Shown here piece after piece: positions 8,530 to 18,617 of a stretch of 64,000 bases of DNA. The number at the start of each line of letters is the position of its first letter. The stretch's first letter is position 1. The DNA is taken from contig JAKFCY010000002.1 of the NCBI GenBank assembly GCA_036676395.1, positions 1,696,001-1,760,000 on the forward strand, written 5' to 3'. This DNA comes from Bdellovibrio sp. Its GTDB lineage: Bacteria; Bdellovibrionota; Bdellovibrionia; Bdellovibrionales; Bdellovibrionaceae. Below the pieces are notes generated by a model, which was not told where the DNA came from, made no database searches, and was given only the letters and a program-made list of their open reading frames with translations. A program made the translations under genes and the position numbers.

Positions 8530-9622
8530 TAAAGTTTAATTGTTTTTTAATTTCTGACGGAATTTTTGGTAAACGTGAACGCGGAATTAAATATGTCGAT
8601 AAATTAAAAAGATCGACGAATACGCGGTTATTATCGGCAGCTTTTTTTAAGTACGTGTGACCTGATGAGCCACCCGTTCCAATTTTAGAGCCCAACATAC
8701 GCTGTGCTAAAAGCATGTGACGGTAACGCCAAGTTGTGAAATTTTCGTCGATATCCATTAAGATAGTCATCATTTGAAACGGCATAGATAACATCGGCTC
8801 ATCACGGTAAAGCATAATGAATAAAGCGTTTAACATCGCTTTTTGCGAAAGTTTACGTTGGCCCGCTTCAACCACTTTTTTGTGCGCTTCTTCGTTAAAT
8901 AAATTATCAAAAGAGGCTTGTGTCGTTTTTAGATTTTCTAACTGACCTTGTTTATCTTTATCAGAAAGCCCAGCAGCATTGGCCTCGATGGTCGCTTTAT
9001 CTTCAGCTAACATATTGGTAATCGTATTTTGGTATTCAGTCCAAAAATTGAAATTCTCTTTATTAGTAAATGGAGTACGCTCTAACCACTTCTCTAAAAG
9101 GCGAAGCATTGAAGGGACTGATTCCAGATTTGATAGACGTTTACGGTCGGCTTCGTTTAAACGGCCCAAGAAGAATTCACGATCGATGCCTTCACGGTCT
9201 ACGGTATTTAAGCCTAACTTAATTTCGATTTCACGAAACTGTGTACTTTGAAAACCTGAAGCCGGAGATAACAAACTACGAAATTCAAGAAAATCCATCG
9301 GTGTCATAGTTTCTAAGATTTCGAAGTTGTTTTGAAAGCCAGCTTGGATTTTGCGGATACGATCTAAGCGTTGATTGATGTAACTAAAGTCACCCTCTTC
9401 AACAGCTGGTTTTTTGAAAGTGGCAATGACAGCATCTAGATCATGAAGGATTTGTTTGAACCATAACTCATAGGCTTGGTGAACAACAATAAAAAGTGTC
9501 TCGTCATGCGCTTCAGGATCTTCTTTTGTAGCAAATTTTTTACTTAAAGGTTCCTGGCAAGACAGAAATTTTTCTAACATTAAATAATCGTTGTAGTACA
9601 CCGGGCCTTGGTTCTTATGCAT
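8522..9622 (-). CDS. kynA: Tryptophan 2,3-dioxygenase
   Basis: YNDYL, HDETLFIVVHQAYELWFKQ, PASGFQSTQFR, RMLGSKIGTGGSSG. Confidence 0.95.
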   Translation of the reverse strand: MHKNQGPVYYNDYLMLEKFLSCQEPLSKKFATKEDPEAHDETLFIVVHQAYELWFKQILHDLDAVIATFKKPAVEEGDFSYINQRLDRIRKIQAGFQNNFEILETMTPMDFLEFRSLLSPASGFQSTQFREIEIKLGLNTVDREGIDREFFLGRLNEADRKRLSNLESVPSMLRLLEKWLERTPFTNKENFNFWTEYQNTITNMLAEDKATIEANAAGLSDKDKQGQLENLKTTQASFDNLFNEEAHKKVVEAGQRKLSQKAMLNALFIMLYRDEPMLSMPFQMMTILMDIDENFTTWRYRHMLLAQRMLGSKIGTGGSSGHTYLKKAADNNRVFVDLFNLSTYLIPRSRLPKIPSEIKKQLNFNV

Positions 9623-9645
9623 AGAGTATCCTTTTTTAAAAAATT

Positions 9646-10629
9646 CTAGGGTATTTCATTTAATAAGGCCATCTGAAACTTGGTGCGTCCTTTAAGCGCC
9701 GGGCTATAAACTGCCTGTTTAAATAGACTCTCAATAGCTAACTTGTAGGTTGCTGGCTTTTTATCAGCAATCACTGCGGCCAAATGCCCTGTGACGAAGG
9801 CCGTGGCTTGCGAAGTGCCACTTTGAAAACCGTAGCGATTTTTAGGCAGTGTTGAATAAATTAATTTTCCCGGCGCTGCAATATCAACAGTGTTCTTTCC
9901 GTAATTACTAAAGCTGGTTAAACCACCATCTTTTTGCAACGCCGCAACCGAGATCATATTATCTAATCTATAGCTTGCGGGGTAATACCTGACCACATCG
10001 GTGTCTTCTTGTTCATTACCCGCAGCAACCACCATCATGATTCCAAGTTTCCTGGCATTTTGAATGGCTTGTAGTTCGTAAAATTCTGGCAGCGCCCCGC
10101 CGGCAGAGTAATTCACGATATGCGCCTTCATACGTGTCGCATAATGAATGGCCTTAATGGTGTTGATGATATTAATTTGATTGCTGACTTTCGGGCTATA
10201 ATATTTAACGGCCATCATTTGCAACCCAGTTTCGCCATGCTTTTTTTGCGAATACTGAGTGTTAATGATTCCCGCGATATGAGTTCCGTGCCCCTCAAGA
10301 TCCATAACCTGGTTATTATTATCGACGAAGTTCCATCCGTGGATGTCATCGGCATATCCGTTACCATCATCGTCAATTCCATTAGTTGATTTATTTTTAC
10401 CGTATTTATCTGTTCCGGTTTCGCCGGCATTTATCCAGATCGATTTTTTTAAGTCTTTGTGTTCAGTATCAATCCCCGTATCGATAACTGCGACAATGAC
10501 ATTTTCATTTAATGCTTTTGCGCTGGTAGTGAGTAAACACACCATCATAAAGCTTGTGCTGATAAAAAGTGACTTAGATAAAGCTCTGCCCGTAATGAAT
10601 TTTGCGTTCATTAATTCCCCCTTGTACAA
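9646..10629 (-). CDS. Exported S8 subtilisin-like serine protease
   Basis: VAVIDTG, HGTHIAG, AAGN, SGTSQA catalytic motifs; signal-like N-terminus (start may be 10611). Confidence 0.92.
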   Translation of the reverse strand: MYKGELMNAKFITGRALSKSLFISTSFMMVCLLTTSAKALNENVIVAVIDTGIDTEHKDLKKSIWINAGETGTDKYGKNKSTNGIDDDGNGYADDIHGWNFVDNNNQVMDLEGHGTHIAGIINTQYSQKKHGETGLQMMAVKYYSPKVSNQINIINTIKAIHYATRMKAHIVNYSAGGALPEFYELQAIQNARKLGIMMVVAAGNEQEDTDVVRYYPASYRLDNMISVAALQKDGGLTSFSNYGKNTVDIAAPGKLIYSTLPKNRYGFQSGTSQATAFVTGHLAAVIADKKPATYKLAIESLFKQAVYSPALKGRTKFQMALLNEIP

Positions 10630-10677
10630 TTTGTTTTGTTTGTTTTTTTAGACAGTTACGTCTTAAGAATATAACAA

Positions 10678-10693
10678 AGCAATGCGGGGGCCA
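10678..10693 (-). promoter_or_regulatory. Sigma54-type -24/-12 promoter of the subtilase
   Basis: Minus strand TGGCCCCCGCATTGCT (GG-N10-GC). Confidence 0.65.
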
Positions 10694-10801
10694 GCGCGGC
10701 TATAGCGTATAAGAGAGCTTACAACTGTCTAAGGTGTAACCTGTATAGAAATCTTTAGACAGTGTTATGGAATGTACTGTTAGAAAGCTAACACGTGTGC
10801 T

Positions 10802-11941
10802 TTACGCTACACGTGCGGGTTTGACTGAATTAGATGGCGCAACCGTGTATTGATTGCGGCCAGAGTTTTTAGACTTATATAAAGCAGTGTCTGAGCGCTT
10901 AACCCAGTCAGAGGCGCTTTCACCCTGTAAGAGCTGGGCTATGCCCATAGACACAGTAAAGCGCACGACTGATTCACCGTGCACGAACACTTCAGAACGA
11001 ATACGCTTTTGTACCTCTTCAGCGCGAATCAAAGCATGCTCGATGGCATGGTTTGGCAGAATCACAACGAATTCTTCGCCGCCAATGCGCGACACCATTT
11101 CTGAGTCTTTATGAAATACTGATTTTAAAATACGAACACATTCTTTTAAAACGAAATCACCAATATCATGGCCATAAGTATCATTAATCTTTTTGAAAAA
11201 ATCGATATCCATGATGATAAGACTTACCTGCAGTGGATTCATGTTATTTAGATGCACGTACTTTCTAACAGTGTCATCAAAGCTCTTACGGTTGTGGGCT
11301 CCAGTTAAGTGATCCAGATTCAATGAAGTATTGGCTTCTAACAATTGCTTTTTGACCGTGTCTAAATTCTTTTTCACCGATGTCAGACGTCTTTGACGTG
11401 TTTCGTTTTTGGCGTTTTGGTGTTCAACGTATAAATTAATAAACTGACGCGATTTTTTACGAAGTGTCTCAAGCGAGTTGGCTTCAACTGCTTCTTTTAA
11501 ATCTTGCAGATGCACGGCTAACTGATCATCTTTAGCAGAGTCATCGTGTATGTCTTCAGACAACTGATCAGCTAAATCCCAAACAATACGTTTAAAGTCA
11601 TCGAAGGTATGCTGAATATAAGTTGATTCATCAACGCGGTAACTGGCAAAGAATAATCTGATTTCAGATAAAGTTTTTTCTACATTTTTTGAATCGGCAT
11701 CGACAAGGCCTTTTGCCATCATGTCTAATTTTTCGCGCACTTTTCTGACCGAGTGTTTTTCCATATCGAAAAGATGTTTATTAAAGACATCCATGATGTA
11801 AAGTAGCGTAGCTTTTTCTTCGGTGATGACCGGCATTTTTTTCGTCGGCGCAGAATCAACGCTAATCGAATCTGAATCTGCAAATGAGATATCCAACTGC
11901 TGTAATAATTTAACAACCCATTGTTTCAATGAAGCCTCCAC
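10802..11941 (-). CDS. Diguanylate cyclase (GGEEF) with coiled-coil N-terminus
   Basis: DHLTGAHNR, DIDFFKKINDTYGHDIGD, RIGGEEF, ALYKSKNSGRN. Confidence 0.93.
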   Translation of the reverse strand: MEASLKQWVVKLLQQLDISFADSDSISVDSAPTKKMPVITEEKATLLYIMDVFNKHLFDMEKHSVRKVREKLDMMAKGLVDADSKNVEKTLSEIRLFFASYRVDESTYIQHTFDDFKRIVWDLADQLSEDIHDDSAKDDQLAVHLQDLKEAVEANSLETLRKKSRQFINLYVEHQNAKNETRQRRLTSVKKNLDTVKKQLLEANTSLNLDHLTGAHNRKSFDDTVRKYVHLNNMNPLQVSLIIMDIDFFKKINDTYGHDIGDFVLKECVRILKSVFHKDSEMVSRIGGEEFVVILPNHAIEHALIRAEEVQKRIRSEVFVHGESVVRFTVSMGIAQLLQGESASDWVKRSDTALYKSKNSGRNQYTVAPSNSVKPARVA

Positions 11942-11952
11942 TATCAGTATTC

Positions 11953-11980
11953 TTTTCGGCTTTTTGCTTTCGAATTTTTA
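11953..11980 (-). promoter_or_regulatory. Sigma28 (FliA)-like promoter of the diguanylate cyclase
   Basis: Minus strand TAAA-N16-GCCGAAAA just upstream of the start codon. Confidence 0.5.
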
Positions 11981-12046
11981 TGTTTTTTTTAAGCTTACGC
12001 GTCCCAATATGAAACAAGACTAGGCGTTTATGTTGTTTACTAACAA

Positions 12047-13288
12047 CTAGTTAAACAATAGTTTGCAAGATCCAGCACCGCCGTGGACAGCTTCGTCGCC
12101 ACCACGCAGGCGCGTCGTAACTTCGTTAACCAGAGTTTCAAGCTTACGTTGATTTTTAAAAAGGATATTTGTCGCACGATTTGCTTCAAGCCACTGAATA
12201 ACCTTATTAGATTTAATTAACGCCAATAACCCTATCGCTCCGCTTGCCACAATTGCAACAATCGGAGAATATCCATACACACCAGGCTGAAGCACCATTC
12301 CCATGCTGGCAAGCTGGCTCATCACAATATTTCTGACGTCAGATAATCGTTTTAAAGCATTTTTAGCCACCGGGTTTTTTTCAGCATCGGCAGCAGCTAA
12401 TAGCTCACCCCAGGCAAAACTTGCCAGAGTCGTGATCACTGCCACTTTGAGCGATGTTGCCCAGAAAGGGGCACTCATCATATTCGTAGCTAAGTCATGA
12501 AAAGACATAATCGAACCGCGCAAAACTTGAAAGCCTACACTGAAAGTTAGATTTGCTAAAAATTGTGAAGCTAAAACTTTACGTGCATACGTTGCTGATG
12601 TTTCTGTAACGTTAAAAACTCTATTCGATAATTTATCCAACGTTTTCATGATGCGGTGACGAAGAGGCACCGTCATCTTTGTCCACATATCGCGGTCTAA
12701 TGCGAAAGCGGCGGCAAAAATCACATTCATCATCACCATCGCTGATTTTTGATAAACATCCATCGATCCAGAGTTGATCCAAATAAATGAATCAAAAGAA
12801 GTTGTGATGATCACAATCGAAAGCCCAAGTTTATCATACTTAACCGAATGCGTAACATTATGTTTATAATCCGCCCAGCCCGATGCTAATTTTTCTCGGC
12901 TAGAGGCTAATTTTCCGGTCGGCATAAAACGAAACATACGGTCAGAACTTTTTTCAGTTTTCTGAATAGTCTCGGCTACAGTTTCATAAATTTCTGGCGT
13001 GTCTGTAGATAAAAGAATGTCAGCATTGCGTGTTTCTTCGCGCTGAAGTATTTCACTGATTTGCGAGGGATGTTCGATCGGAACTTCGGTGTATGAAAAT
13101 TGAGATTTACCTTGCGGGCCGTTGATATCCATCACTAAAGTTGCGGCATCTTTTGATTTTGAATCTAGATCTTCGGCGGCAGCTACGGCGCGGTGATGGT
13201 ACGGCAAATCCTGTGGTGTCGCTAATAGCGATACCACTTGGAAATAGACTAATATAAATGCCAAGACCGACTTTTTAAAACTCATCAA
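12047..13288 (-). CDS. Exported/membrane hypothetical protein with C-terminal CxxLF
   Basis: Signal peptide, several hydrophobic helices, ends GGAGSCKLLFN. Confidence 0.7.
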   Translation of the reverse strand: MMSFKKSVLAFILVYFQVVSLLATPQDLPYHHRAVAAAEDLDSKSKDAATLVMDINGPQGKSQFSYTEVPIEHPSQISEILQREETRNADILLSTDTPEIYETVAETIQKTEKSSDRMFRFMPTGKLASSREKLASGWADYKHNVTHSVKYDKLGLSIVIITTSFDSFIWINSGSMDVYQKSAMVMMNVIFAAAFALDRDMWTKMTVPLRHRIMKTLDKLSNRVFNVTETSATYARKVLASQFLANLTFSVGFQVLRGSIMSFHDLATNMMSAPFWATSLKVAVITTLASFAWGELLAAADAEKNPVAKNALKRLSDVRNIVMSQLASMGMVLQPGVYGYSPIVAIVASGAIGLLALIKSNKVIQWLEANRATNILFKNQRKLETLVNEVTTRLRGGDEAVHGGAGSCKLLFN

Positions 13289-13318
13289 CGTTCCTTCGCC
13301 TTTCCAGTTTTTTGAAAG

Positions 13319-13334
13319 TGCAGGGCTTGGACCG
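13319..13334 (-). promoter_or_regulatory. Sigma54-type promoter
   Basis: Minus strand CGGTCCAAGCCCTGCA, 30 nt upstream of 13288. Confidence 0.5.
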
Positions 13335-13518
13335 CTTTTTAACAGCTCTAAACCAATCTATTGCTTTTAATCGCGAGTTTTTCGTTAATGGCCGCAAATT
13401 AGCCGACGCCGTCTAATTATAAGACACTGTCGCTAAAATAAAATTTATAAGTGCGAAATTGCCACTGGCTCTTTTCAGTCGGCCTTGATAAAACCCTCCT
13501 CAATCAGGGGAGTTTTTT

Positions 13519-13833
13519 ATGAAACAAATCTTAGTTATCTTATCGACGGTATTATTATCATCTTTTGCGTTCTCGGCTGAAGAGCCACCTATCCAAGTGG
13601 TTTGCGTAGCTGAAGCAGTTAAAGCTGCAGAAGCGTTATTTACCTTAAACAACAAAACAACTGAATTCACTTCGACAGTTGAACTTGTTGATATTGCTCA
13701 TGTTCAAGAAGGTGGCTACGAAGTCTATGACGTGATCTTTACTTCTAAAGGAGTGCAACACTCACCTTACCGCGTGACTACAAACATCGACGCCTGTCTT
13801 ATTATTAATTTCGAAATGCCATTTTCTGGTTAA
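13519..13833 (+). CDS. Small exported hypothetical protein
   Basis: GGGGAG SD, signal peptide ending AFS/A, two Cys. Confidence 0.75.
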   Translation: MKQILVILSTVLLSSFAFSAEEPPIQVVCVAEAVKAAEALFTLNNKTTEFTSTVELVDIAHVQEGGYEVYDVIFTSKGVQHSPYRVTTNIDACLIINFEMPFSG

Positions 13834-13845
13834 TTTTATTTTTAG

Positions 13846-13877
13846 ATTAATAGCTCTAATTTTTTAGAGCTATTAAT
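13846..13877. terminator. Perfect 14-bp AT-rich hairpin after the 13519 gene
   Basis: attaatagctctaa-tttt-ttagagctattaat. Confidence 0.55.
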
Positions 13878-13917
13878 TGTTCTCGACATCTCTTGCGCCC
13901 CGCTTCAAAATATATCT

Positions 13918-14436
13918 ATGGCGCTTTCAACTTTAAAAGAATCATTTAAATCTAAAAGTTTTCGTATCGGTATGAACTGGTACCCGATGTTTTTCGCAAC
14001 GGGAGCTAAAGTTTTATTTTGGTCAGGCGACTGGAGCGAAGTTAAACTTCGCCTGACTTTAAATATCTGGACACGCAATTATGTAAAAACGATTTTTGGC
14101 GGCAGCATGTTTTCAGCGACTGATCCGTTTTATGTGATTATGTTTATGCACATGTTAGGTAAAGACTATGTTGTCTGGGATAAATCAGCTTCGATCAAAT
14201 TTAAGCGCCCAGCAAAAGATCCGCTGTATGCCCTGTTTAAAATTACTCCTGAAATTTTAGAAAAAGTAAAAGCCGAAGTTAAAGCCGGCTATGAAACAAC
14301 TTATATTGCGCATATTCAATGGCTTGATAAAAAACAAAATGTATACGCAGAGCTTGAACGCACAATTTATATAGCCGATAAAAAATTCTATAAAGAAAAA
14401 TTAGAAAAAAGAAAACTGGCCAAAAAGGGCTCTTAA
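13918..14436 (+). CDS. DUF4442 / YiiD-like hotdog-fold protein
   Basis: TRNYVKTIFGGSMFSATDPFY, YVVWDKSASIKFKRP. Confidence 0.85.
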   Translation: MALSTLKESFKSKSFRIGMNWYPMFFATGAKVLFWSGDWSEVKLRLTLNIWTRNYVKTIFGGSMFSATDPFYVIMFMHMLGKDYVVWDKSASIKFKRPAKDPLYALFKITPEILEKVKAEVKAGYETTYIAHIQWLDKKQNVYAELERTIYIADKKFYKEKLEKRKLAKKGS

Positions 14437-14894
14437 AGCCCTTTGGCGAAATCCACATTCGTTAGATCGATACTGCAACTTGTAACATTCAAATAAAAAT
14501 ACTTTTCAACCCACTTATCAGCTTGCGGGTCATAGTATTTTTTAAAGCGACGAAGATAACCAACCCCTGATTCGCGGTGCCATTTCATCATACCCATGCC
14601 TTTTTTACCGTTACGGTATTTCAGCCACTGAATGCCTTCATCTGACCACGGCCAAATATATGTTCTAACCATATCAATTTGCGATTCGGTTTGTTCAGTT
14701 ACTTTCTTACAAGACTCGCTGAAGAATTCAAAACTCAGTAAACGGTCATCACCTGTTACATTCGTATTTTGATAAACGCTTACAATACCTGGCTGCTTTG
14801 ACTCTTCGCTCTGATAGCGACAAGAGCCTAGGTATTCATGTGTGGTTGGGCTTTGAGAAAAACATTGAAACAAGATTGGTAATAAAATATTCAT
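14433..14894 (-). CDS. Hypothetical protein
   Basis: ATGA overlap with the rhomboid stop; no recognisable motif. Confidence 0.65.
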   Translation of the reverse strand: MNILLPILFQCFSQSPTTHEYLGSCRYQSEESKQPGIVSVYQNTNVTGDDRLLSFEFFSESCKKVTEQTESQIDMVRTYIWPWSDEGIQWLKYRNGKKGMGMMKWHRESGVGYLRRFKKYYDPQADKWVEKYFYLNVTSCSIDLTNVDFAKGL

Positions 14895-15556
14895 GCATCG
14901 AATTCTAGTTCCTGTTCAATAACTTCTGCAGCTAAAAAGTTTTTTCGATGAAGCGCATAATAAATCAACCCAGTGATGATTCCTAAGCCAAAACCGATCA
15001 CATGACTGATGTAACTAATACCCTCTTTGTACTCTTGCGGCGCGAATAAAACAAAGCTTGAAAGTATGCTTACCGCAAACCGTTTACGTAAACTTGATCG
15101 GCGATCGATTAAGAAAAAAAGTGTTAACCACAGTGAACCCATCCAGTTCACCAAACCAGAAATGCCTAAAAGTTGAGTCTGCATGGGCATCGTCAGTAAC
15201 GTTAGAGCATTAATAACTCCACCTAATAAAAATCCCAACATTGGAAAAAGTGAAACACTAAAATAGCCGGTCAGCAAAAATGCAAACGGCACAAATAAAA
15301 ATAAATTTCCGAAAAGATGACCAAGATCACCGTGAGCAAAAAGTGCTGACCATAACCGCCAATACTCTTTTTGCGAAAAGACTAATTCGCGTGAAGCAGA
15401 AAAACTTAACTGACTTGAGCTCCAGTCGATCAGACACAGCCCTAAAACTAAGATCAGTAAAAGCCCCGTCGCCATAAAGCTAAGGGGGTGTACTTTACGA
15501 GTGTACCAATTAGCAATTATGCGGGGAGGTTCAACCTTGTAGGCTGCGTTTTCCAT
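14891..15556 (-). CDS. Rhomboid intramembrane serine protease
   Basis: YWRLWSALFAH, HLFGN, GISG (catalytic Ser), SHVIG (catalytic His). Confidence 0.9.
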   Translation of the reverse strand: MENAAYKVEPPRIIANWYTRKVHPLSFMATGLLLILVLGLCLIDWSSSQLSFSASRELVFSQKEYWRLWSALFAHGDLGHLFGNLFLFVPFAFLLTGYFSVSLFPMLGFLLGGVINALTLLTMPMQTQLLGISGLVNWMGSLWLTLFFLIDRRSSLRKRFAVSILSSFVLFAPQEYKEGISYISHVIGFGLGIITGLIYYALHRKNFLAAEVIEQELEFDA

Positions 15557-15600
15557 AGTTTAAAGATGAGACGTTTTAAACTCTTGGCAAGGCTTGATGT

Positions 15601-15616
15601 TGGCGCCCAGGTTGCT
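15601..15616 (+). promoter_or_regulatory. Sigma54-type promoter of the exported kinase-like gene
   Basis: TGGCGCCCAGGTTGCT, followed by AAGGAG SD and ATG 15670. Confidence 0.7.
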
Positions 15617-15669
15617 TTTATCTAAAAGCAGCGGCACAGAAGAATTAAAGCCCTATAAGGAGTTATGCT

Positions 15670-17106
15670 ATGAACGCAAAATTGTCAGTCTTGGCCTTAA
15701 TAGTACTTGTCGTATCTTTACCAGCTTTATCTGGCCAGCCCCGTGGACAGGTTTTTTCATTTAAAAGCCCCTTAGGACAAACTGAACAATGTATCAATTT
15801 AGATCACATTCCTGAAGGCACTTTTTCTAAAAAAGACTTAAAAAAAGAATCTGAATTGTGCGCCATAGATTTTTACGCATCAGCAATTGCTCTATGCCCT
15901 AAAACTTGGGGCACATCTCCAGCCCTTATTCTTTACCCTAACGATTCAGGTTTAAGCTCTGAAAATTTTGAAGCTAAAAACTGTCTTAAAGGTGATGAAC
16001 CAAAAGGAACAGAAATTCCTATCGAAAAAATCGCTAAGATTAAATTTTCTATGAACGATGCTTCGACAAGTGCTACTTATTCACGGGCATCCTTTTTATA
16101 TTACCAGCTGGCACGCTATTTTGATGTGTCGGTGGATGTACCTGTAGCAGTTTACCGCTCAATGGACAAAACGGTTCATTACAATAGAATTACTTCAAAA
16201 GTAAAAGATAACGGCAAAAAAAATGGAGCCGCCTGGAAAATTTTTGCCCAAGCTGAAAAAAATCCTTCCAGCTATAAATTTACTGATGAGTTATTTACTG
16301 ATGATCGTCAGCAAATTTTTGGTGCGCTACTTGATGGGGGTGGCGATAAATATACGACTGACTTTAATGGTCTGCGCAGCAAGTGGGGTTTGGTGCAAAC
16401 TCAGGAATTTATGAACACGGCGCCATTTCAGGCTTTACGTTCTGAATTGAATCTGCAACAAGCCATCACTCAAGGCGAAAAACTAGCGCGCGCAAATTCA
16501 AGAATGAACACAGACTTAGGCAGCTCTCTTTCTCCCGCGCAAATGATCACATGGATGAAAGAAATTTCTGAAATTACTTTATTAGATCACTTATTAGGTC
16601 AACAGGACCGCGTCGGCAATATTCATTACAAATGGCACTGGGTTTGGGTGCAAAACGGCCTTGTTGAATCTAAAAAAGCTGATCTCAAAGATCAACCGCG
16701 CCCAAATGTGATTGGTAAAATCAAGCCGCCGGCAGAGCTTGCGGCATTTAACCCGATCTTAATTCAAAAAACTAAAATTGTTGATAACGATGCGGCCCTA
16801 AAAACAAATTATAAAAGTTTTGGCAAAGTGGCTGGGCATTTAGTTTCGTTACGCCATTACAATGCTAAAATTTATCAAAAACTAATGGCACTTGATCATG
16901 ATTTTAAAGCCAAAGGCCCAATCTACAGTTATATTGCCAACACCTTTAACTTAACAGCTTCTGAAGTTGCGCAGCTGGTAGCTAACACTCAAGATGCCGC
17001 TAACATCTTAAGATCAACGTGCAAAGCCGGTAAATTACAATTTGATTTAAAACCAGAAAAATTTATTCTGGGCCAACCAACGACGGACACGGTTTCTTGC
17101 GATTAG
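15670..17106 (+). CDS. Exported atypical kinase-like protein (FAM20/Four-jointed-like motifs)
   Basis: Signal peptide; [13 protein letters not shown]...[23 protein letters not shown]. Confidence 0.6.
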   Translation: MNAKLSVLALIVLVVSLPALSGQPRGQVFSFKSPLGQTEQCINLDHIPEGTFSKKDLKKESELCAIDFYASAIALCPKTWGTSPALILYPNDSGLSSENFEAKNCLKGDEPKGTEIPIEKIAKIKFSMNDASTSATYSRASFLYYQLARYFDVSVDVPVAVYRSMDKTVHYNRITSKVKDNGKKNGAAWKIFAQAEKNPSSYKFTDELFTDDRQQIFGALLDGGGDKYTTDFNGLRSKWGLVQTQEFMNTAPFQALRSELNLQQAITQGEKLARANSRMNTDLGSSLSPAQMITWMKEISEITLLDHLLGQQDRVGNIHYKWHWVWVQNGLVESKKADLKDQPRPNVIGKIKPPAELAAFNPILIQKTKIVDNDAALKTNYKSFGKVAGHLVSLRHYNAKIYQKLMALDHDFKAKGPIYSYIANTFNLTASEVAQLVANTQDAANILRSTCKAGKLQFDLKPEKFILGQPTTDTVSCD

Positions 17107-17149
17107 GCCAAGACTTGACTTAAGCGGGCCTGGCAAGCCACGCTTAGTT

Positions 17150-18616
17150 ATGAGCGATTTTTATCAAAACGGACCAGAACTTTCGAACACATTTACCTCT
17201 GATAATTACTTAAAAACATTTTTCGAAAAAAATGTTCCCAAAGAGTATCATAAATCTATTTTTGAACATTTAACTCATGTGGGGAACGAAGCCAGCAGCA
17301 CCTGGCTTGAGTGGGCTGCAAATGCAGAAAGTCATCCACCAAAACATGTGCCTTATTCACCCTGGGGTAAACGCATTGATGTGATTGAAACTTCTGACGG
17401 CTGGAAAAATTTAGAAAAAGCTGCAGCCACTGAAGGTATCGTAGCTACAGCATATGAACGTAAACAAAAAGAATTTTCGCGCTATTATCAGATGGCTTTA
17501 TTATACCTTTATTCACCATCGAGTGCTTTTTATTCTTGTCCGCTGGCGATGACTGATGGTGCAGCCCGTGCGCTTGAACTTTATGGCGACCCGGATTTAA
17601 AAGATAAAGCTTTTAAAAATTTAATATCACGCGACCCGAAAACTTTTTGGACATCAGGCCAATGGATGACCGAACGCACTGGCGGTTCTGATGTCAGCAT
17701 GACCAGCACCGTAGCTAAAAAACTGGATGCGAAAAATTTTACGTTATCAGGAACTAAGTGGTTCACATCGGCTACAACTTCACAAATGACTTTAACTTTA
17801 GCCCGTCCTGAAGGAGCCGCTGAAGGCAATAAAGGTTTATCGTTATTTTATTTAGAATTACGTGACCAAAAAAATCAGTTAAATAATATCGAAGTGCACA
17901 GACTCAAAGATAAACTTGGAACAAAAGCCCTACCGACGGCTGAATTAACATTGCACGCAACTCCGGCACGTCTTATTGGCGGTGAAGGTGACGGCGTAAA
18001 AAAAATTGCCAGCGTTTTAAATATCACGCGCGTTTACAATTCAATCTGCGCGCTTGGCCATTCACGCCGCGCTTTAGATTTAGCCTGGGATTACGCAAAA
18101 AAACGTAAAGCTTTTGGCGCCGCTATTCTTGATCACCCGCTACATAAATTAACTTTGCAGCGTTTAGAAGATGATTTTAAAAAATGTTTTGATCTGACAT
18201 TTTTTGTTGTTGGCCTGCTTGGTAAAGAAGAATGTGGCACCGCCGTTGAGTTAGATAAAAAATTACTACGCGCTTTAACTCCGATTTTAAAACTATATAC
18301 CGCAAAAAAATCTATTCTGATTTCAAGTGAAGTTTTAGAATCTTTTGGCGGAGCCGGCTATATTGAAGACACAGGACTTCCGCGTTTGCTGCGTGATGCC
18401 CAGGTGTTTGCTATCTGGGAAGGCACGACAAATGTGCTTGCGATGGATTTCTTACGCGTTTGTGAAAAAGAAGACGGAGTTGCGGCGTTAGGTGAATTTT
18501 TGAAGAAAAAAGGTTCAACTAAAGTCGGCCTTTTAATGGATCCAAAATGGAAAGACACGGCTAATGCACGTGATTTAGTTTTTTTAGTCGCAGAGCTAGT
18601 GGCCGAAGTTTTATAA
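17150..18616 (+). CDS. AidB-like acyl-CoA dehydrogenase
   Basis: [44 protein letters not shown]. Confidence 0.88.
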   Translation: MSDFYQNGPELSNTFTSDNYLKTFFEKNVPKEYHKSIFEHLTHVGNEASSTWLEWAANAESHPPKHVPYSPWGKRIDVIETSDGWKNLEKAAATEGIVATAYERKQKEFSRYYQMALLYLYSPSSAFYSCPLAMTDGAARALELYGDPDLKDKAFKNLISRDPKTFWTSGQWMTERTGGSDVSMTSTVAKKLDAKNFTLSGTKWFTSATTSQMTLTLARPEGAAEGNKGLSLFYLELRDQKNQLNNIEVHRLKDKLGTKALPTAELTLHATPARLIGGEGDGVKKIASVLNITRVYNSICALGHSRRALDLAWDYAKKRKAFGAAILDHPLHKLTLQRLEDDFKKCFDLTFFVVGLLGKEECGTAVELDKKLLRALTPILKLYTAKKSILISSEVLESFGGAGYIEDTGLPRLLRDAQVFAIWEGTTNVLAMDFLRVCEKEDGVAALGEFLKKKGSTKVGLLMDPKWKDTANARDLVFLVAELVAEVL

Positions 18617-18617
18617 A

